DNA of 63,354 nucleotides, counting the filler, from Sphacelaria rigidula (taxonomy: Eukaryota), in NCBI GenBank assembly GCA_964200075.2. It is 10 parts of 10 records of this genome, joined end to end, with 100 filler letters (N's around TTAATTAATTAA, not from the genome) between each part and the next. Parts side by side here need not be neighbours in the genome. Positions count along the whole stretch, not along the records: positions 12,693 to 18,938 come from CAXNAA020021260.1; positions 19,039 to 25,284 come from CAXNAA020021261.1; positions 25,385 to 31,630 come from CAXNAA020021262.1; 7 more parts are not named here. One strand, written 5' to 3'. Under the pieces are notes generated by a model. The model worked only from the letters and a program-made list of their open reading frames with translations, was not told the origin of the DNA and ran no database searches. Positions 12,693 to 25,950 of this stretch are shown here, piece after piece. Both the position numbers and the translations under genes were made by a program. The stretch's first letter is position 1. The number at the start of each line of letters is the position of its first letter.

Positions 12693-15600
12693 ATGCGCCA
12701 CCCTTTTTTGCTCCAAAAGCATAAGGGTCTACCCTTTTTTGTATATTGCCCTTCTTACAATAAATCCTCTCCAACAAACGGGAATTGACTATCGACCGAG
12801 CCTGCGATGGACCTGGAAAACATGTATTTTGCTATTTCCGTGTAGCACGGTGAGGGCAACGATGGAAACAATCGCGTACTTATCAAAGTACAGGCACCCA
12901 TGTCGACAACTGAAAAGTGTTGTAGAGAAAGAAATGCATGAAAAATTTCACTGGAAGCAACCCAAGCAACTGCATATTCTCCGACACCCTTTGTAATAAC
13001 GGTCTAATCAATGTTAGTGTACTTGGTCTCCATTGACACACAAAGTGTAACGGCCAAAACAGGTTGTCCCGCTTTTTCTCCGTAGCTATGTGGCGAAGTG
13101 CTGCGCGCTGTCTCTCTTTCAAGGTTATATACAGCCGCGAGCCAGCCAAGATGTCCGTCGTGAAGACGGTCAAGGGTAGGAGAGCCCTCCTCGCTGCACT
13201 AGAGCAGGTGTGGTGCTGAACTGATTGCAATTGACTGGAATGCACCGGTACATCGGGAGTCGGTGCCTAAGCAGTGTACGTGACATGAAAACTCGTTTCC
13301 CCAATTTATTCGGGCTTCGAGGTGCACAGCGTTTGCTTACGGTTGGTCGTCCAGGGCTTGATTCTACTCTCCACAAACACACTACGCACTATTGGACTGC
13401 ACGAGATTGTTATCGCCTTTACTTCTCAGCTTGTCCTAGCTGGTTCGAATTCGGGGCATCATCCTCGTTGTAACTCAGCTATCAGGATCGACCCTGTGCC
13501 CGTTTGCAACTTCGCATTCTACGTTCAAATACCTCATCGGCAGCACGAACCAATAATATAGCTTCCTGAACCTATTTTTTAGCTCCGAAGAAAGAAGGCT
13601 GCCGGCTCTGCAGAGTGATTACATGTGGTGCGAACGGACACGGCACCATCCGCCTGTCCACACCCATCTTCCGTTTTTGTTGGGTTACTAGGCTCGATTT
13701 CATCCATTTGAAAACATGCAAATTCATGTTTCTTTTTTTCTTTTTCTGTTCCTATTTTTTTCTGTTTCTGTTCCTTTTTCCTTTTTTTTCCTCAGAGCGT
13801 GATTGAGTTTTGTTTTTCTTGGGTACGTCTATCACGAGACCACGGCTGGACCCCGGGGGGGTCAGTTAAAGTGCGACAATCAATCAATCAATCATGTACA
13901 GACAAACCAAAAAGCTAGATATTTTTCAAAACACCACCCCGTCAAAGTCAGCAATACCCATACTCGAGTTCGTCAATGGGAACATAAACCCGTGTAAAAT
14001 CGTAACGGAATGCATGACACAGAATACAATACAGGCCAAAACTACAAAAATACAGCACAAACTACGTACCGCGAGATTTGGAGCATGTGGACGATCGACT
14101 GGACAAAACGACAATTATAGTCAGAAGTCAGCCAGAAATATTTCTGCGCGAGTCAGGCGCTATTTATTGGAAAAATCTACGTAGTTGGACGATGTGCATA
14201 TAGTGGTATTAGTAGTGGGTTTTGGAAAACCTCAAGTTCGAAATGCTGCATTTTCCGAGCCTTGAGGAGAATTTCAGACCATATCTCATGGTTGGATGAT
14301 TTTGGTAAAAAAGTATGGTGACGACCTGATCGCCTGCAGTCGGAACAGCTACAGCAATCTCATGAAGGGGAACAATCCGCCGAGTTCACCCGGACTTTGA
14401 TCACCTGTGTTTTATGTTCCGAAATGCTGGGAATACTATCCCCGCAATGTTAGCAGGCACTGAAGCCCCTTTTGTCCACGTATTTTTGCGACAGGCAACA
14501 TTAGTCCGTGTTTCACTTAACAAGTGAAAGTACGACTGCGTGTGAAAGCATTCGAATATCAGTGAGATATGTAGCATGCAATGGAGCCTAAAGAAATGGC
14601 AATGCGCAACGATACATGAGAGCTGTGGACGGCAATTACGCAGTCATGAAAATGCCCAGCCGAAGAAGATTGGGTCTCCTGGGGGGTTGGGGTCAGATAC
14701 AATATTCTGGATAAATGGATTTTGCGCGCCACCAAGAATTTTCTTCAATCTGGCCCGCTGACAAGTCTTGAATGAATCGAGACTAATGGACGAATTATTG
14801 TTGAAGGAACCACGAATATCTGCTCCGTAACGCGCACGATGGGTCTGTTCCGTTTTCACCTTCTAGGAAAACCAGAATCCGATGAATGTACACCTTACAA
14901 TAACCCTGGGAAGGGCTGTCAATCTTGTGTCCTCATCAGTCTGGCGAGCTGTGTACTGATCGAGGGAGCTATCCAGGCAGTTCCAGCGTCGCTTGGCGCG
15001 CCTTTCCCTTCGGTTTATCGCTTGTGTTGTATCGCTCGCCGCTTGGATAGCTTCGCATTCACAAAGTCTGCCGATTAATCTTAACCCATTCGACCTGGTA
15101 CACAGTCGATAGGGAGGGGTTTGGTGTCTCAGCGGTGACAGGCTTCGTGTGTCAGCCATGAATCCCTTGCCAGCACGCGCCGTTGTGTGGCTGCACGCCT
15201 CACTACAGAAAGAACGAGACGTAGGTCGCAAGAGCCAACCATTGCCAACAATGAGGCCGCTCCAACGAACATCCTCTTGCCCAGAACGATACCGCACTGG
15301 TGGACTTATGAAAAAAGCGTGAAACGTGTCATGTTTATACTGTACAGTGCCAAGTATCCACCTATGGAAACGTCATGTCTGTAGCTTTGTGCGTTGTCCG
15401 AGCAGAGACTTATGATGCAGCGGGACTGAGGAAGGTCTCTGGTATCGAGGTGATGCTAAGAGTATAGGTTGTTGTTCCCAGTATGATATTGGCCAGAGCG
15501 TTGTCGTTCTACATTACGGTGCCTGGTCACCCACACAAAACACAGACAGGAACGTAGACCAATACACTAATCTGTTGTAGCCGACATACGTATCGGGGAA

Positions 15601-16754
15601 TGCAGCAGAAAATTCCAATTCAGATCCGAATCCCCATAATATTGCCCCCAGTGGATCGAGCTAATCCAGGCCTAAATGGTCTGAGCTTAGGTTACCTGTG
15701 GTATACGGTTTCCTAGTTGGCTTGATAATACAGCGTGAAAACAAAGTGGAGGGGGGTGAGACACCGATTACAAATAAATTATGATTTTTTAGTGGCAAAA
15801 TGGTAAAATTGCGATCTAATTTACATGAACTTTATGTCGCACATTTGCAAGCTTTTAAAGTGGCGCTTTTCGGAGTCCCTCGATTGCAACGCGCTGGCGC
15901 TGCACAGCTCGCAATCCCATTCTTTGATAGATCACCCTTATTGTGCCTGTAGTTAAACCGTGCTTTGTGCACACTATGTATGTATTGCTTGTGTTCTTGA
16001 CTTTTCAGGGGGAGGACGGGGGGGTATGGATCGCGCCTACTGTACATCCCTAGAGCTGTACCACGTTGTGTCGCTCCCGTGTTGTATTTTCATTTTGAGT
16101 TGTTCCGATGTTCGCTGAACTTGACCGACTGCTGTGCGCCGTATACATTTATTAAATATAATATCACATATTATGCTTGAGACATGCGTGTGATGATGTT
16201 TTATAATGTCGCCGTCTGTTCGTCACTGCGCACGTGCCGCTTTTTTTTTGTTTCCGTCATGCTCCACTTGCTGCTCTCTCCTTTTTTTGCGTTCCTAGGG
16301 CCCGGTGATAGCTCACGAATATCCTCCATCAATTGCCATGTCGCAGGTGTTGATCCTGCAGCTATACTGTGCTCGGTGTATACACTCCCGTGTGCATGTT
16401 TTGTATAATATTGTTCGCTAACGACAGCAATTATTTTGTGTTCCGATTTTCAACCTTCGCCAAGCGACGCTATGCTTTCCTTTCTGGGTCAATGAGTCCA
16501 ACGTCACCCTTTTTCGACTTATCGAAACGCGACCACCTTCTCCCAATATCACACCATCCCCGGCAATCCGTGGCACACAACTGCCAACCCCAACAACCTT
16601 GAGCAAGACAGAGGCGGCATCGTGTACGACTTAATCAGGGGGGAAACCGGCTGGTAAGGATATGGAGAGTCTGGTGTCTAGTTTTTTTCGAATGTGATCC
16701 ACCTCACCCCGTAACTCTCTTGTTCTCGAATGACACCATGCATTCATGATTCAG

Positions 16755-17008
16755 CCCCCCAAGGACAAGCTGAGGTGGTGGGATCACAAGCAGCGGATAC
16801 TGGAACAATGGTTAGAAACGAGCGGAGACGAGATCGCAGTGGAGGGAGCATCGGACCTCATCCGAGGACAGCTGGACAGAGGGTATAGACATGAGCACCT
16901 TCGCATCAAATGCTGGAAACATATTGTCATCGAGCTCTCGGCGCTTGTGGACGATGACACATCCTCTGCTACCGCGCCGTCCAACGGTGCCTCCGCGGCG
17001 ATGACGAG
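16755..17008 (+). CDS. Candidate internal exon of an unknown protein
   Basis: TTCAG acceptor, AG|GTACTG donor; PPKDKLRWWDHKQRILEQWLETSGDEIAVEGASDLIRGQLDRGYRHEHLRIKCWKHIVIELSALVDD..., within a 223-codon ORF. Confidence 0.45.
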
Positions 17009-17308
17009 GTACTGCGGCGGTACGGTGTTGAGCGATAAGCGACAATATGGCCCCATTCCACCCGACCCCTGCTGCGACACGCGCTCGATAATTTTGGATC
17101 GTATAGTGTGGGAAAACATCTCATCAAACCAATTGAAAAGACATGTTCGACCACGGGCAGAATATAGGCAGGCAAAAGGAACCATGCCTGAGCGGCATGC
17201 TTGGGGTTCAAATTTTCATTATAAGAGATGGACTTGTCACTTCAACCACGCGTACGTCGTTGTACGTATTACGTCTATATTATGTACGTTTTCCCTGAGA
17301 ATTCAGCA

Positions 17309-17820
17309 GGAAAATTCCACGGTTAGGACAAATCAAGATTCATACGAGTTCACTCCTCATGGCATGGCAGGAGTGAACCTGTATTCAACTGTTCATCCCG
17401 CATGCACCCGACGGTGAACAACATATACAGTACAGTCATCTCAACCGCATACAGATTGGGAGAAAAGTACGACTGATGCAAGGCCCATGTCATGACAGGA
17501 TTCAACGATGTGCCGACTCTTCGTCCCGCATGACCCGTACGCATGGCATAGATGTAGATGCCCTTCAAGCCTCATGGCAAGTGTGGGTGGCATGTACAAT
17601 CGGTTCATTCCGCATTTTTCACAGGGGATTAGTATGTGTCCATGATCCACCCCCTATGATCTGAAGGCAGAATACAGGTACCGTTGGCGGTGTACTGCAC
17701 GACACAAGAGCTCAAAAACTGTACGAATTACAGCTGATGTACGAACCGTATGATTTATTCGTTGAAAAGAGTTACATGGGTTTAATCACGATTTTATTTG
17801 TCCTAACCGTAGAAAATTCC
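17309..17820. mobile_element. MITE-like element with about 25-bp TIRs
   Basis: GGAAAATTCCACGGTTAGGACAAAT ... ATTTGTCCTAACCGTAGAAAATTCC; no TSD seen. Confidence 0.55.
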
Positions 17821-18585
17821 CTGGGCTGCTTACAGCCCAGCACTCCGTCCCCCAAACGCCGATAGGCCTGCATTTTGTCTTCACTCGGCTTAAGTGAACA
17901 GTCCGTTTATACTTGATTTCCACACTGTACCGTTCGAATTGCTTTCTATCTGTTAGGTCATCCCTGATCTTCTAAAACCAGTCGTGGCGACACCATCCTG
18001 TTACATTACAGTACACCACTACAATGCTGTTGACTCCGCCAGCAGCGTTGCTGTCTGCACCCACGTGTGCTGTACTTTATTCGTCCTACTGCAATGTATT
18101 ATTGTCAGGTTGCTGTTCCGGAAAGCGAAACGACCAAAGGAAGGTTGCTTGGTTGCGCTCAGATATCATCGTGCTTGTTTGCGTGCTTGTTCATGTGTAG
18201 TGTTTCAACGACACGCTACAGGCAGTACAGGGCCGAACAATTGTACACCCCAAAAGCTGTGGTGTCTGTGGCTGGATGTATTTCATCAACAGTGTACAGC
18301 AGTGGGTCACTGTACTGTAACAAGACAAGGTCGCATACTACCGCCAGTTTTCATGTATCTTAAAGCTCACTCCAGTGTGGCGGCGTAAGCGCCGAAATCC
18401 TTGTGTGATCCATGGGTCACCCTCACTAAAATTATTATCAACAATCGGGCGATGTTTAGCGGTGTTGGGAGAATGAGAGATCGACTTTCCCATGCTACCC
18501 GGGTCATTCTGCTCCGTGGTTTTTGAGCTGGACCAGAAGACGTGGAAAGCTTTATGGCTTCTCACGCTCAGGGTAAGCCCTCATA

Positions 18586-18745
18586 TAACCATCTCTGAAC
18601 CCGGCACAAATTTCACATGACCATCCCTGAACCGGGCACGTGCTTCACATGAGCACCCTTAAATCGGACGGCAAGAGTGAAAATCCCGTGTAACCATCCC
18701 TGAACCGGGCACAAGTCTCACATGAGCACCCGTGAGCCACACGGC
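18586..18745 (+). repeat. Minisatellite with about 32-bp degenerate units
   Basis: ACCATCCCTGAACCGGGCAC....TCACATGA recurs three or more times. Confidence 0.75.
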
Positions 18746-18938
18746 GAAAATAGACGTGTTGTCACGTGAAAATCTTGCAAGGGTCGGACAAATAATGATT
18801 CGTCTGGAAATTACTTGGTTTTAGTGCAATTGATTAATCGTACGAATCAATCCCTAGGCTTTGTTTTCAGCATTGCAACCCAGGTACACGCAGCCCAGAC
18901 ACGTGGAATGGCGCTAAAGTTGCGTGGATATCCCTTGG

Positions 18939-19038
18939 NNNNNNNNNNNNNNNNNNNNNNNNNNNNNNNNNNNNNNNNNNNNTTAATTAATTAANNNNNN
19001 NNNNNNNNNNNNNNNNNNNNNNNNNNNNNNNNNNNNNN
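18939..19038. other. Artificial contig linker
   Basis: 44 N + TTAATTAATTAA + 44 N. Confidence 0.99.
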
Positions 19039-19184
19039 ACATCCTGTTGAAAGCTCTCCACGGCGACTGATACTGCTTGATACACCTGTACATTACCTGA
19101 TGCGCACAACACCCGAATTATAGTACAGACAGTTTGTACCTGCACCTGAAAATAGATGGAATGAAACTTTTGGTTTTGCTTTAA

Positions 19185-19305
19185 CCCTGCCGTTACATAT
19201 ATTCGTTGATTTTCAGCAACATGAAGCCACTGTGTCATGCATATCCAGGACACGCCATTCCTAATCAGCCTCGTTGGTCGCTCTGGAGGCCCAGTCCCAT
19301 AAGGG
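19185..19305 (+). mobile_element. Short piggyBac-like non-autonomous element
   Basis: TTAA|CCC...GGG|TTGA; right part homologous to 38076-38154, which ends GGG|TTAA. Confidence 0.5.
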
Positions 19306-19454
19306 TTGATATATATATATATATATGCGTGTGTCCAAGATTACGTGTGAACTCTCCCGTGCAAGCGGGACAACTAGACTTGGTCTCAAAACAGTACACT
19401 TGATAAACCCCGTCAGCATCACGTCACCCTGTGACATAATTTTTTTTCGAAAGC

Positions 19455-20265
19455 TTGATGAGATAGTGCAATGTTTTCTCATCACCGTTCACGTTCGACG
19501 AGGGGGAGATTCGAACTTTGACCCAAGCAGTCTGTGCCTGAATGTGTGCGCGTGATAGGCAATACGCGGAGCCTTTGATGGTGGATCTGACACTTTGATT
19601 CTTAAAAACGGAAATTTGATTTTGAAAAATGGAAACTTCAACTATACATGTATACACGCGATGAACACAGGTGACACCAGACTGCATAACGCACGAAGAG
19701 CGTATCTGTTCCCTTCGGACTAGAGTTTTCCTTGGACCCTGTTGCCGTAAATATGCGGCTGTATATTGCGCAAAACACATAATAACGTAAGGTTGATGAG
19801 GTTGTGCAATGATTTTCCGTCACCGTACATCTTAGACGAGGACAAGATTCCACGTTGACTCAAGTATATGTGCAACACACTCACGTCGAAGCGGTAACGC
19901 GATTAGTTTTCCTTTCAGCGTAGGCGTCCAATCATTAAGAGCGTAAACAAGAACAAAAAAATGCAGCCTACCGCCCGGCGCTTTTTTCGTCGGCCTTCCT
20001 GCGTTCCTTAGATTCGATTTCCCGGGGTTCGGGGTTCGGTAAATTTAACAGCCGATTTCCCGCCGTCTATTTTTTGGTGAATTGGACTGGTGATCCTGAC
20101 GTTTTTATTGTGAAAAATGGAAACTTCAATCTTACGGGCATACACGACCAAGACGCAAAAAAAGCGTCGATGTTTCCTTCAGGTTGGAGTTTTCTTCGGA
20201 CCATATATTGCTGTTCATGTGCAACACACTCAAGTTGAAGCGGTGACGCGATTAGTTTTCCTTGC
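19455..20265 (+). repeat. Degenerate tandem repeat, several-hundred-bp units
   Basis: Repeated blocks at 19455/19792, 19625/20113 and 19868/20217 (e.g. ATGTGCAACACACTCA.GT.GAAGCGGT.ACGCGATTAGTTTTCCTT). Confidence 0.65.
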
Positions 20266-21052
20266 ACTTGCTGCTTCTACGTCATGGTTAAAATAATATG
20301 CATTCGAATTACCTGTCGCCGACGATTAGCCTATATATGAATAAATGAATTAATTGATTAATTAAAAGTTGGTTGAGGATGGATGGTTGGCTTGTTGGTA
20401 TGTATTTTTTTGGACAAGGGGGAAGACAGTGTGGAGTGAGGCGTGTTACTGAAAATTAATCATCGTACATGTATTTGCACCCCAGATTCACTTTTTTGTT
20501 TGATTAGACAAGAGAACTTGAGTACCCCCCAGGCGTATGCCCGCACGGGAGGGTTTCCGCGCGACTTGGCGAGCTGATGACCTATATACGTATACGCACC
20601 AATTTGTGCAGGTGCTCACTGCTATATACACCGGGCTCACTTGCGTTCCAGTGAACCCCCAAATCCTCTGGCTGCATGCCTGGGATCCTGTAACATACCC
20701 GAACATTAGGGCGCAGATTATTCACAGGGTATCCCTGTCTCAAGAGTAAAAGTCCTGTTACAGGGGCATCATGAGCCCCCTGCGCAGGGCCTACGCAGAG
20801 GGATATCCCTGAAACAGGACTTCCATCCTTGAGACAGGGGTAACCCTGCTCAGGTTCTTCACAGTATGTGGACTGTGACTTTGCACATAGTTCGGTAAAG
20901 TGGGTCATCCGAGTACCCTGCACTCGGCCTACGCAGTTCACCCAAAGAGGAGACCTTTGCCCATGTGTGTTATTTTTCCGTCTTGACTTTGTGCATTTGC
21001 TGGCGAGTACTTTTTTTCACGATAAACGTGTTCCCCTCAAACCATGCCCAAC

Positions 21053-21299
21053 AGTGGAGGGCGACTGTGTCGTGGGTACAGAAAATTCGACCCGACGGTC
21101 GACGAGGGAAAGGTAGGCACCCCAACAAGCACAAAGGCAAGCACCGCCAGAGGAAGGTGGGGTACTAGAAACAAATCTAAAAAAAGAAGCTCCTGTGTTG
21201 ACCTTCCTCATGTGTGACCCCGGCTGGTGCGCCCACATATATATACCGAAAGGTGTAGACCAGCGTCCAAAATAGAAGGGACGACAACACACACACACA
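21053..21299 (+). mobile_element. SINE family X, 5'-truncated
   Basis: AAATTCGAC...GGTCGACGAGGGAAAGG...TGTGACCCCGGCTG...GGGACGACAA(CA)n. Confidence 0.8.
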
Positions 21300-22903
21300 T
21301 CATCAGACGTTTTTCTCGCGGGAGGTATTCGTCCATGTGGTCTGTCATTACCACAGTACATGAAGTCGCGTCTTTTTCGCTTACTCATGCACTATAGCTT
21401 CATCGTGAAATATCGAATGTTGTATAGGTATATGTTGGAGCGAATTTCAACCACAGTTGTACATGGAGATATTGCTCTTTCGTGAGCAAAATATCAACTT
21501 CTGAGTAAACTCCTACTTTTGGATCACGAGTCCACTTTTCCCTCCATGTTTCAGCTTTTTAAAAATCAGAACGCATCGTCTATGATACATTCGGGTCTTC
21601 CGTGTTTTTCACACTTCTAATACGTGGAACAAAATTAAGTTTGTTTCATCCACCATTCCGCGCTCTCAACGTTCGCGTTCCTTAATACCTATTACGTCAG
21701 ATCTTCCCTCTTCTACTCATCACATATAGCACAGTTTCACAACTGATACACACGTCAAATCTCTGGCTCAACTCCTTGGTAGGAGTCATTACCTTTACCC
21801 TCTTCCAATTTGAATTTATTTTTTCCCACGCCTTTCGTGGAAGACGGGGTTGCCGATAGGCGCCCCCGTCCGATCCTTGTATATATATATATTGAAGTGG
21901 TTGTTGGTAGACCACAGATGAAATATGAACTCCAGCCTCACGTCATGGCAGAGGTTCTTGAGTGGGGGCGCTACCTGTAGCCGAGGTAAACAAGGCGGCA
22001 AAGACACGCGCTTCAAGAACAACAAGAACACCAGAAGCTATCTGCAATCGATAGGCCCGCGCACCCCGGCGATTAACGTACAACAGTACATTTACCTGTA
22101 GCGTGCGCGGACTCATGGTATCAAACCGGCTGTGCGTACCGTACCTCTCGGGGGTAAAAGCCAGGCAGACCGGAATCTTCATGCAGGCTTTGCGTCGTTT
22201 TTCACGACATACGGTTCCTGGAGGTCGAGGAGGAACTGTTGTGCCGCGGCGTCGCACGCTACAGTGTACCGCTATCCGTTTTGCGGCAAAAACGATGCAC
22301 ACGTTGCCTTGCGAACCGAAACACACCCACTCTCGTTGTTTGGACGTTTGCGGTGTTTCGTCGATGAGACGAGGGTAAATATTAGTGATCCGGTGTATTT
22401 GCTGTTAGTGTTAGTGTTTGGATGTAGTCGGGTCAGCTGTCATCGAGATCCGCTTCGTCTTTTTCTTCGCCCCATATGGTGAGCAGGCCTCGTTCGAATC
22501 CCGGCAGTCATTGTTTATTATTTCATTTATTCATTTATTCATTTATTCCTTTATTCATTCATTGGTTCTTGTTGTGTCAAGTGTGAGAGCGATGGTTTAC
22601 CCGGAGGTCATCATCCATTGCTGCGGATGTGGTTATCCTCCACTGCTCGAGTAGAAATTCTTTAGGCAGGTACCGGGGAAGGGGCTCATTTTATCATTTC
22701 ATCTCGTGAGACTCCCGACTCGTCCCGACGAATTGCGGGGGGATTGAAGTTTATGGCGCATTATGGTGAAAAATGAAGTGAAAGTCGATGGCTCCTGATG
22801 AAAAATGAAAACATGGATGTATGAGTAGCTCGTTGCAGTTGATGGCACCGAGTGTAAGGATGAACTTTTTACTTTGTCGTCGTCGACAAATTGTTTTTTA
22901 CAG

Positions 22904-23059
22904 GGAAGGACCCAAGATGTGGGGCTTCTACTGGGTAAGTTCAAGGCGGCACAGGAACGATATATCAAGATGAGACGAGACGCCGTGAGATCAAAGAGCT
23001 TGCAGAGTGATGCCAGCACCACCGCTACAGCTGCCGCTGCGGCTGAAAAATCACATTAA
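22904..23059 (+). CDS. Candidate terminal exon of an unknown gene
   Basis: Strong TTTTTTACAG acceptor; GRTQDVGLLLGKFKAAQERYIKMRRDAVRSKSLQSDASTTATAAAAAEKSH-stop. Confidence 0.5.
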   Translation, partial: GRTQDVGLLLGKFKAAQERYIKMRRDAVRSKSLQSDASTTATAAAAAEKSH

Positions 23060-25049
23060 AGAGAGAGGGTGCCAAGCTATTGTATAGTTCTCACTGCAGT
23101 AGGTATTCACGTCGTTTTTGGGTATGTATGTCATCTTCGTGTGAGGCTCGCGGGGCGATTAAAATATGGCTAATTTCATACTGTACTGTATGGATATGGT
23201 ATCGTGTTGGGCGTTTTCACGCCTGTAGCTGCAGCATTTACTGTGCCTTTTTTGAGTTATCGTTGTTTGTTGTACGAAGCTGCGGTGTTTGTTTTGTTCA
23301 CGCGCCTTCCCCCCCCCCCCCCCCCCCCCCCCCCCCGCCCCCGCTCCTCTTTCTTTGTCGCGGGCGCTTTGTTCTTTGGGGGGTGGGGTTTGTTTTGTTT
23401 TTCCGCTCTNNNNNNNNNNTCTCGCTTTTTCTGTGCTTTTTTTTGGTTTTCCTTGTTTTTTGTCCCAACGTGGGGTTTTTTTTTTTTTCCCGCGCCTTCC
23501 CCCCCCCCCCCCCGCGCTCCTTTCGCAGAGTATTCATTTTTGCGTTGGCGCGTGCATTTTTGCGTTGGCGCGTGTCTTGTTTTTGTATCCCTAGCGTATA
23601 ATTGAAGACGGACCGCAGATGCTTGGCCAAAACAGCTTTGTAGGAGTGTTGTCTTTCACTTCGTTTTTTTTCGTGCTGCACTAGCAAAGTGCCCTTCCCC
23701 CCTTCCCCTCCCTGAGCGCAGGCTTGCTAGGTCAGAAAATATGCCCGATCAGCGAGACTTTCGCGGGCGCAAATAGCCAGGTTCGGCTTCAGGGGATAAA
23801 CTGAAGTTCGTTGTCGGTTCGCGCCCCCTTCCCTTCCACTTCACTGCTTCTTCGTTTATTTTGTTCTTTGCACCGACAAGCAGTTCTAGTATGGGCCATG
23901 ACATGCTTTGCTCAGCGGTACGACTCTCATGGTGTTCGATAATATCAGTATCGTGTTGAGAAGCATTGAAAACTATTCTCTCGGTTGAGATGGGTACGCA
24001 TCTTGAGTGGTGACCGCCCTGTCGCTGTGTCATGTGCGTTTCTGCTGTATCGGGGTGTTGAAGCCCTGGTACCGCAGCAGCAGGACAAAATCCAACACAT
24101 GAGTGGTTCTTATGCTTTTGGAAGAGGGGGGAAAGCCAGATTAATATTCCAAATCCAGATCTTGACAGATTGCAATGCTCCTGCATCGGACATCACCGTA
24201 GAACCAGTCAGCCTTCAAAAGTTCAAAAGTCAAATTTCGGCTCCAGAAACCGAATCATGGATGTGTGCCACAGCCCTGCCATGCATCATGTGAGGATTTC
24301 CGGAACCGCAATTTCATCTGTGCGAGTCGTTCGAGCTCTTGACAACAGGGTGAAGCCACGTCAGGAAGCTGGGGCGCGAAACTTATCTAAGCACAATGAA
24401 TGAGCTGGAAAAGAACCCAGTCTGACCCAGGGAATCAAGCGCCTTTGCGAGCATTATTATTTGTTTTTTGTTCTTTCCAACTCCTTCGGATTTGAGGTGC
24501 GACCACAAAATCAATTATGAATGGATCACATACTCGAGACTCCCGGTTCCAATTTTCGAATTGGTTTTCTCAGGCTATTCCAGATTCGGCATTAGATTTC
24601 GACAGAAAACACTCTTTTTTGTAATGCATTTACAAAAACAAGAACTTTGAAAAAAAACAGCAGAACTTTTGAAAAAACTGCTCAAAATATGACCCCATTG
24701 AATGGAGTACAGGATACTACACTAAACACAAGACAATTCTCCGGTGGTATATGGAGTAAAGAGTACTACACTGAACACAAAATAAAACAGCAGTTCTGCA
24801 GTGTTTTTTAGTTTCAGAACCTGAAGACGGACCGTATACAATATGCATCAGCTTCTCTGCCCAGCTTCTCCTGCTGTACTACTACAACAGAGTAATTTTT
24901 TTTTCAGAAAATGTAGTCAAGCGAACAAGGCGCTTTCCACACCCATGATTTCTATGCTGTAGTTGTCGCTGCGCTGTTGTGCATTTGAACACTACGACAA
25001 ATATGGTGTGATGTGCGCTGGAGAGTGCCTGAAAAGTTGTAGTGCTGCA

Positions 25050-25284
25050 TGCGGTGTTCCGATGCCCTGCCCGGGCTGCCGATCCCCGCATCTACGCTTG
25101 TCGGCCAGGGCTTCTGACACTAGGCCGCAACTGGCGTCGTTAGCCCGCACGTATGACTTGTACGCGTCCGATTTCCATCTACCCTCCTTTTGCAACACCT
25201 CTGGAGACACTCCCGCTGCCGACAAGTGGGTGGCGCCACCAATCCGCAAAGAGTGCAACGCAAACTCTGCGGGCGGGAGCCCAG
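25050..25284 (-). mobile_element. C-terminal fragment of a tyrosine recombinase of a DIRS/Ngaro-type retrotransposon (Crypton not excluded)
   Basis: GLPPAEFALHSLRIGGATHLSAAGVSPEVLQKEGRWKSDAYKSYVR: HxxR box and GRW.S.A...Y catalytic box; cut by the contig end. Confidence 0.88.
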
Positions 25285-25384
25285 NNNNNNNNNNNNNNNN
25301 NNNNNNNNNNNNNNNNNNNNNNNNNNNNTTAATTAATTAANNNNNNNNNNNNNNNNNNNNNNNNNNNNNNNNNNNNNNNNNNNN
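25285..25384. other. Artificial contig linker
   Basis: 44 N + TTAATTAATTAA + 44 N. Confidence 0.99.
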
Positions 25385-25559
25385 GAGCTACGCAAGAACA
25401 TAGGTCAGCATATTCCCGTTTTAACCCTCCGACCGCTAGGGTAGGCGATCTGTTGAATCGCCATTTTCCACATTATTTTTCGAGTGTAAATGATACCTAT
25501 TTTTCAAGAGATTCCCTGTCATTGAGGTCAGAGGGCTGATTTTCATTCGAGATATCCTT

Positions 25560-25686
25560 AGTCCATTGGAATGCTACTCATGGCGTCCTCTCACATATTT
25601 CACATGTCGTTTTTTGGGTGGCATAAAGGGCTCTTGACATTCAAACCTGATGAATATTTTGTGGACCCCCACCGTAGCATGACGCT
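25560..25686 (+). mobile_element. MITE family M1, diverged right end
   Basis: AAAGGGCTC....CATTCAAACCT...TTTGTGGACCCCCACCGTAGCAT matches the M1 right end. Confidence 0.65.
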
Positions 25687-25840
25687 TATATGATGCCCAA
25701 TGCCACCATTTTTTAAGTTATCGCCTGCACTGAATACACTACTGTATAGACTGGCGTTCTGTGTTTCTTGTTTTCCATGTAGGACATTGAGTGTATCCCA
25801 TATCACTGTATACTCGCGATCCCTCCGTCTATTCCGATAG

Positions 25841-25950
25841 GTTCTGACCGCCATCTACCTTTTTTCGGGAACATGGCGAGGGTTGTGCGCCCGGAACAAG
25901 CAGTTGTCCTTCTGGACGAACGAGGATTCGACGTCAATGCTACAGACACC
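25841..25950 (+). CDS. Ankyrin-repeat protein, exon (phase 1 to 0)
   Basis: GATAG acceptor, ACC|GTGAGT donor; ends VLLDERGFDVNATDT, an ankyrin C-terminal motif that joins in frame to 31426. Confidence 0.7.

Noticed and set aside
14310..14335. YGDDL resembling a reverse transcriptase YxDD motif
   Set aside because: No other RT motifs in the surrounding short frame.
18586..18745. CRISPR-like repeats of about 32 bp
   Set aside because: Units are adjacent and degenerate with no unique spacers, no cas genes, and a eukaryotic context.
23285..23520. Proline-rich ORFs and an apparent duplication around a 10-N gap
   Set aside because: Noisy second copy of the same sequence either side of a gap at a long C run; typical scaffolding or sequencing artefact.
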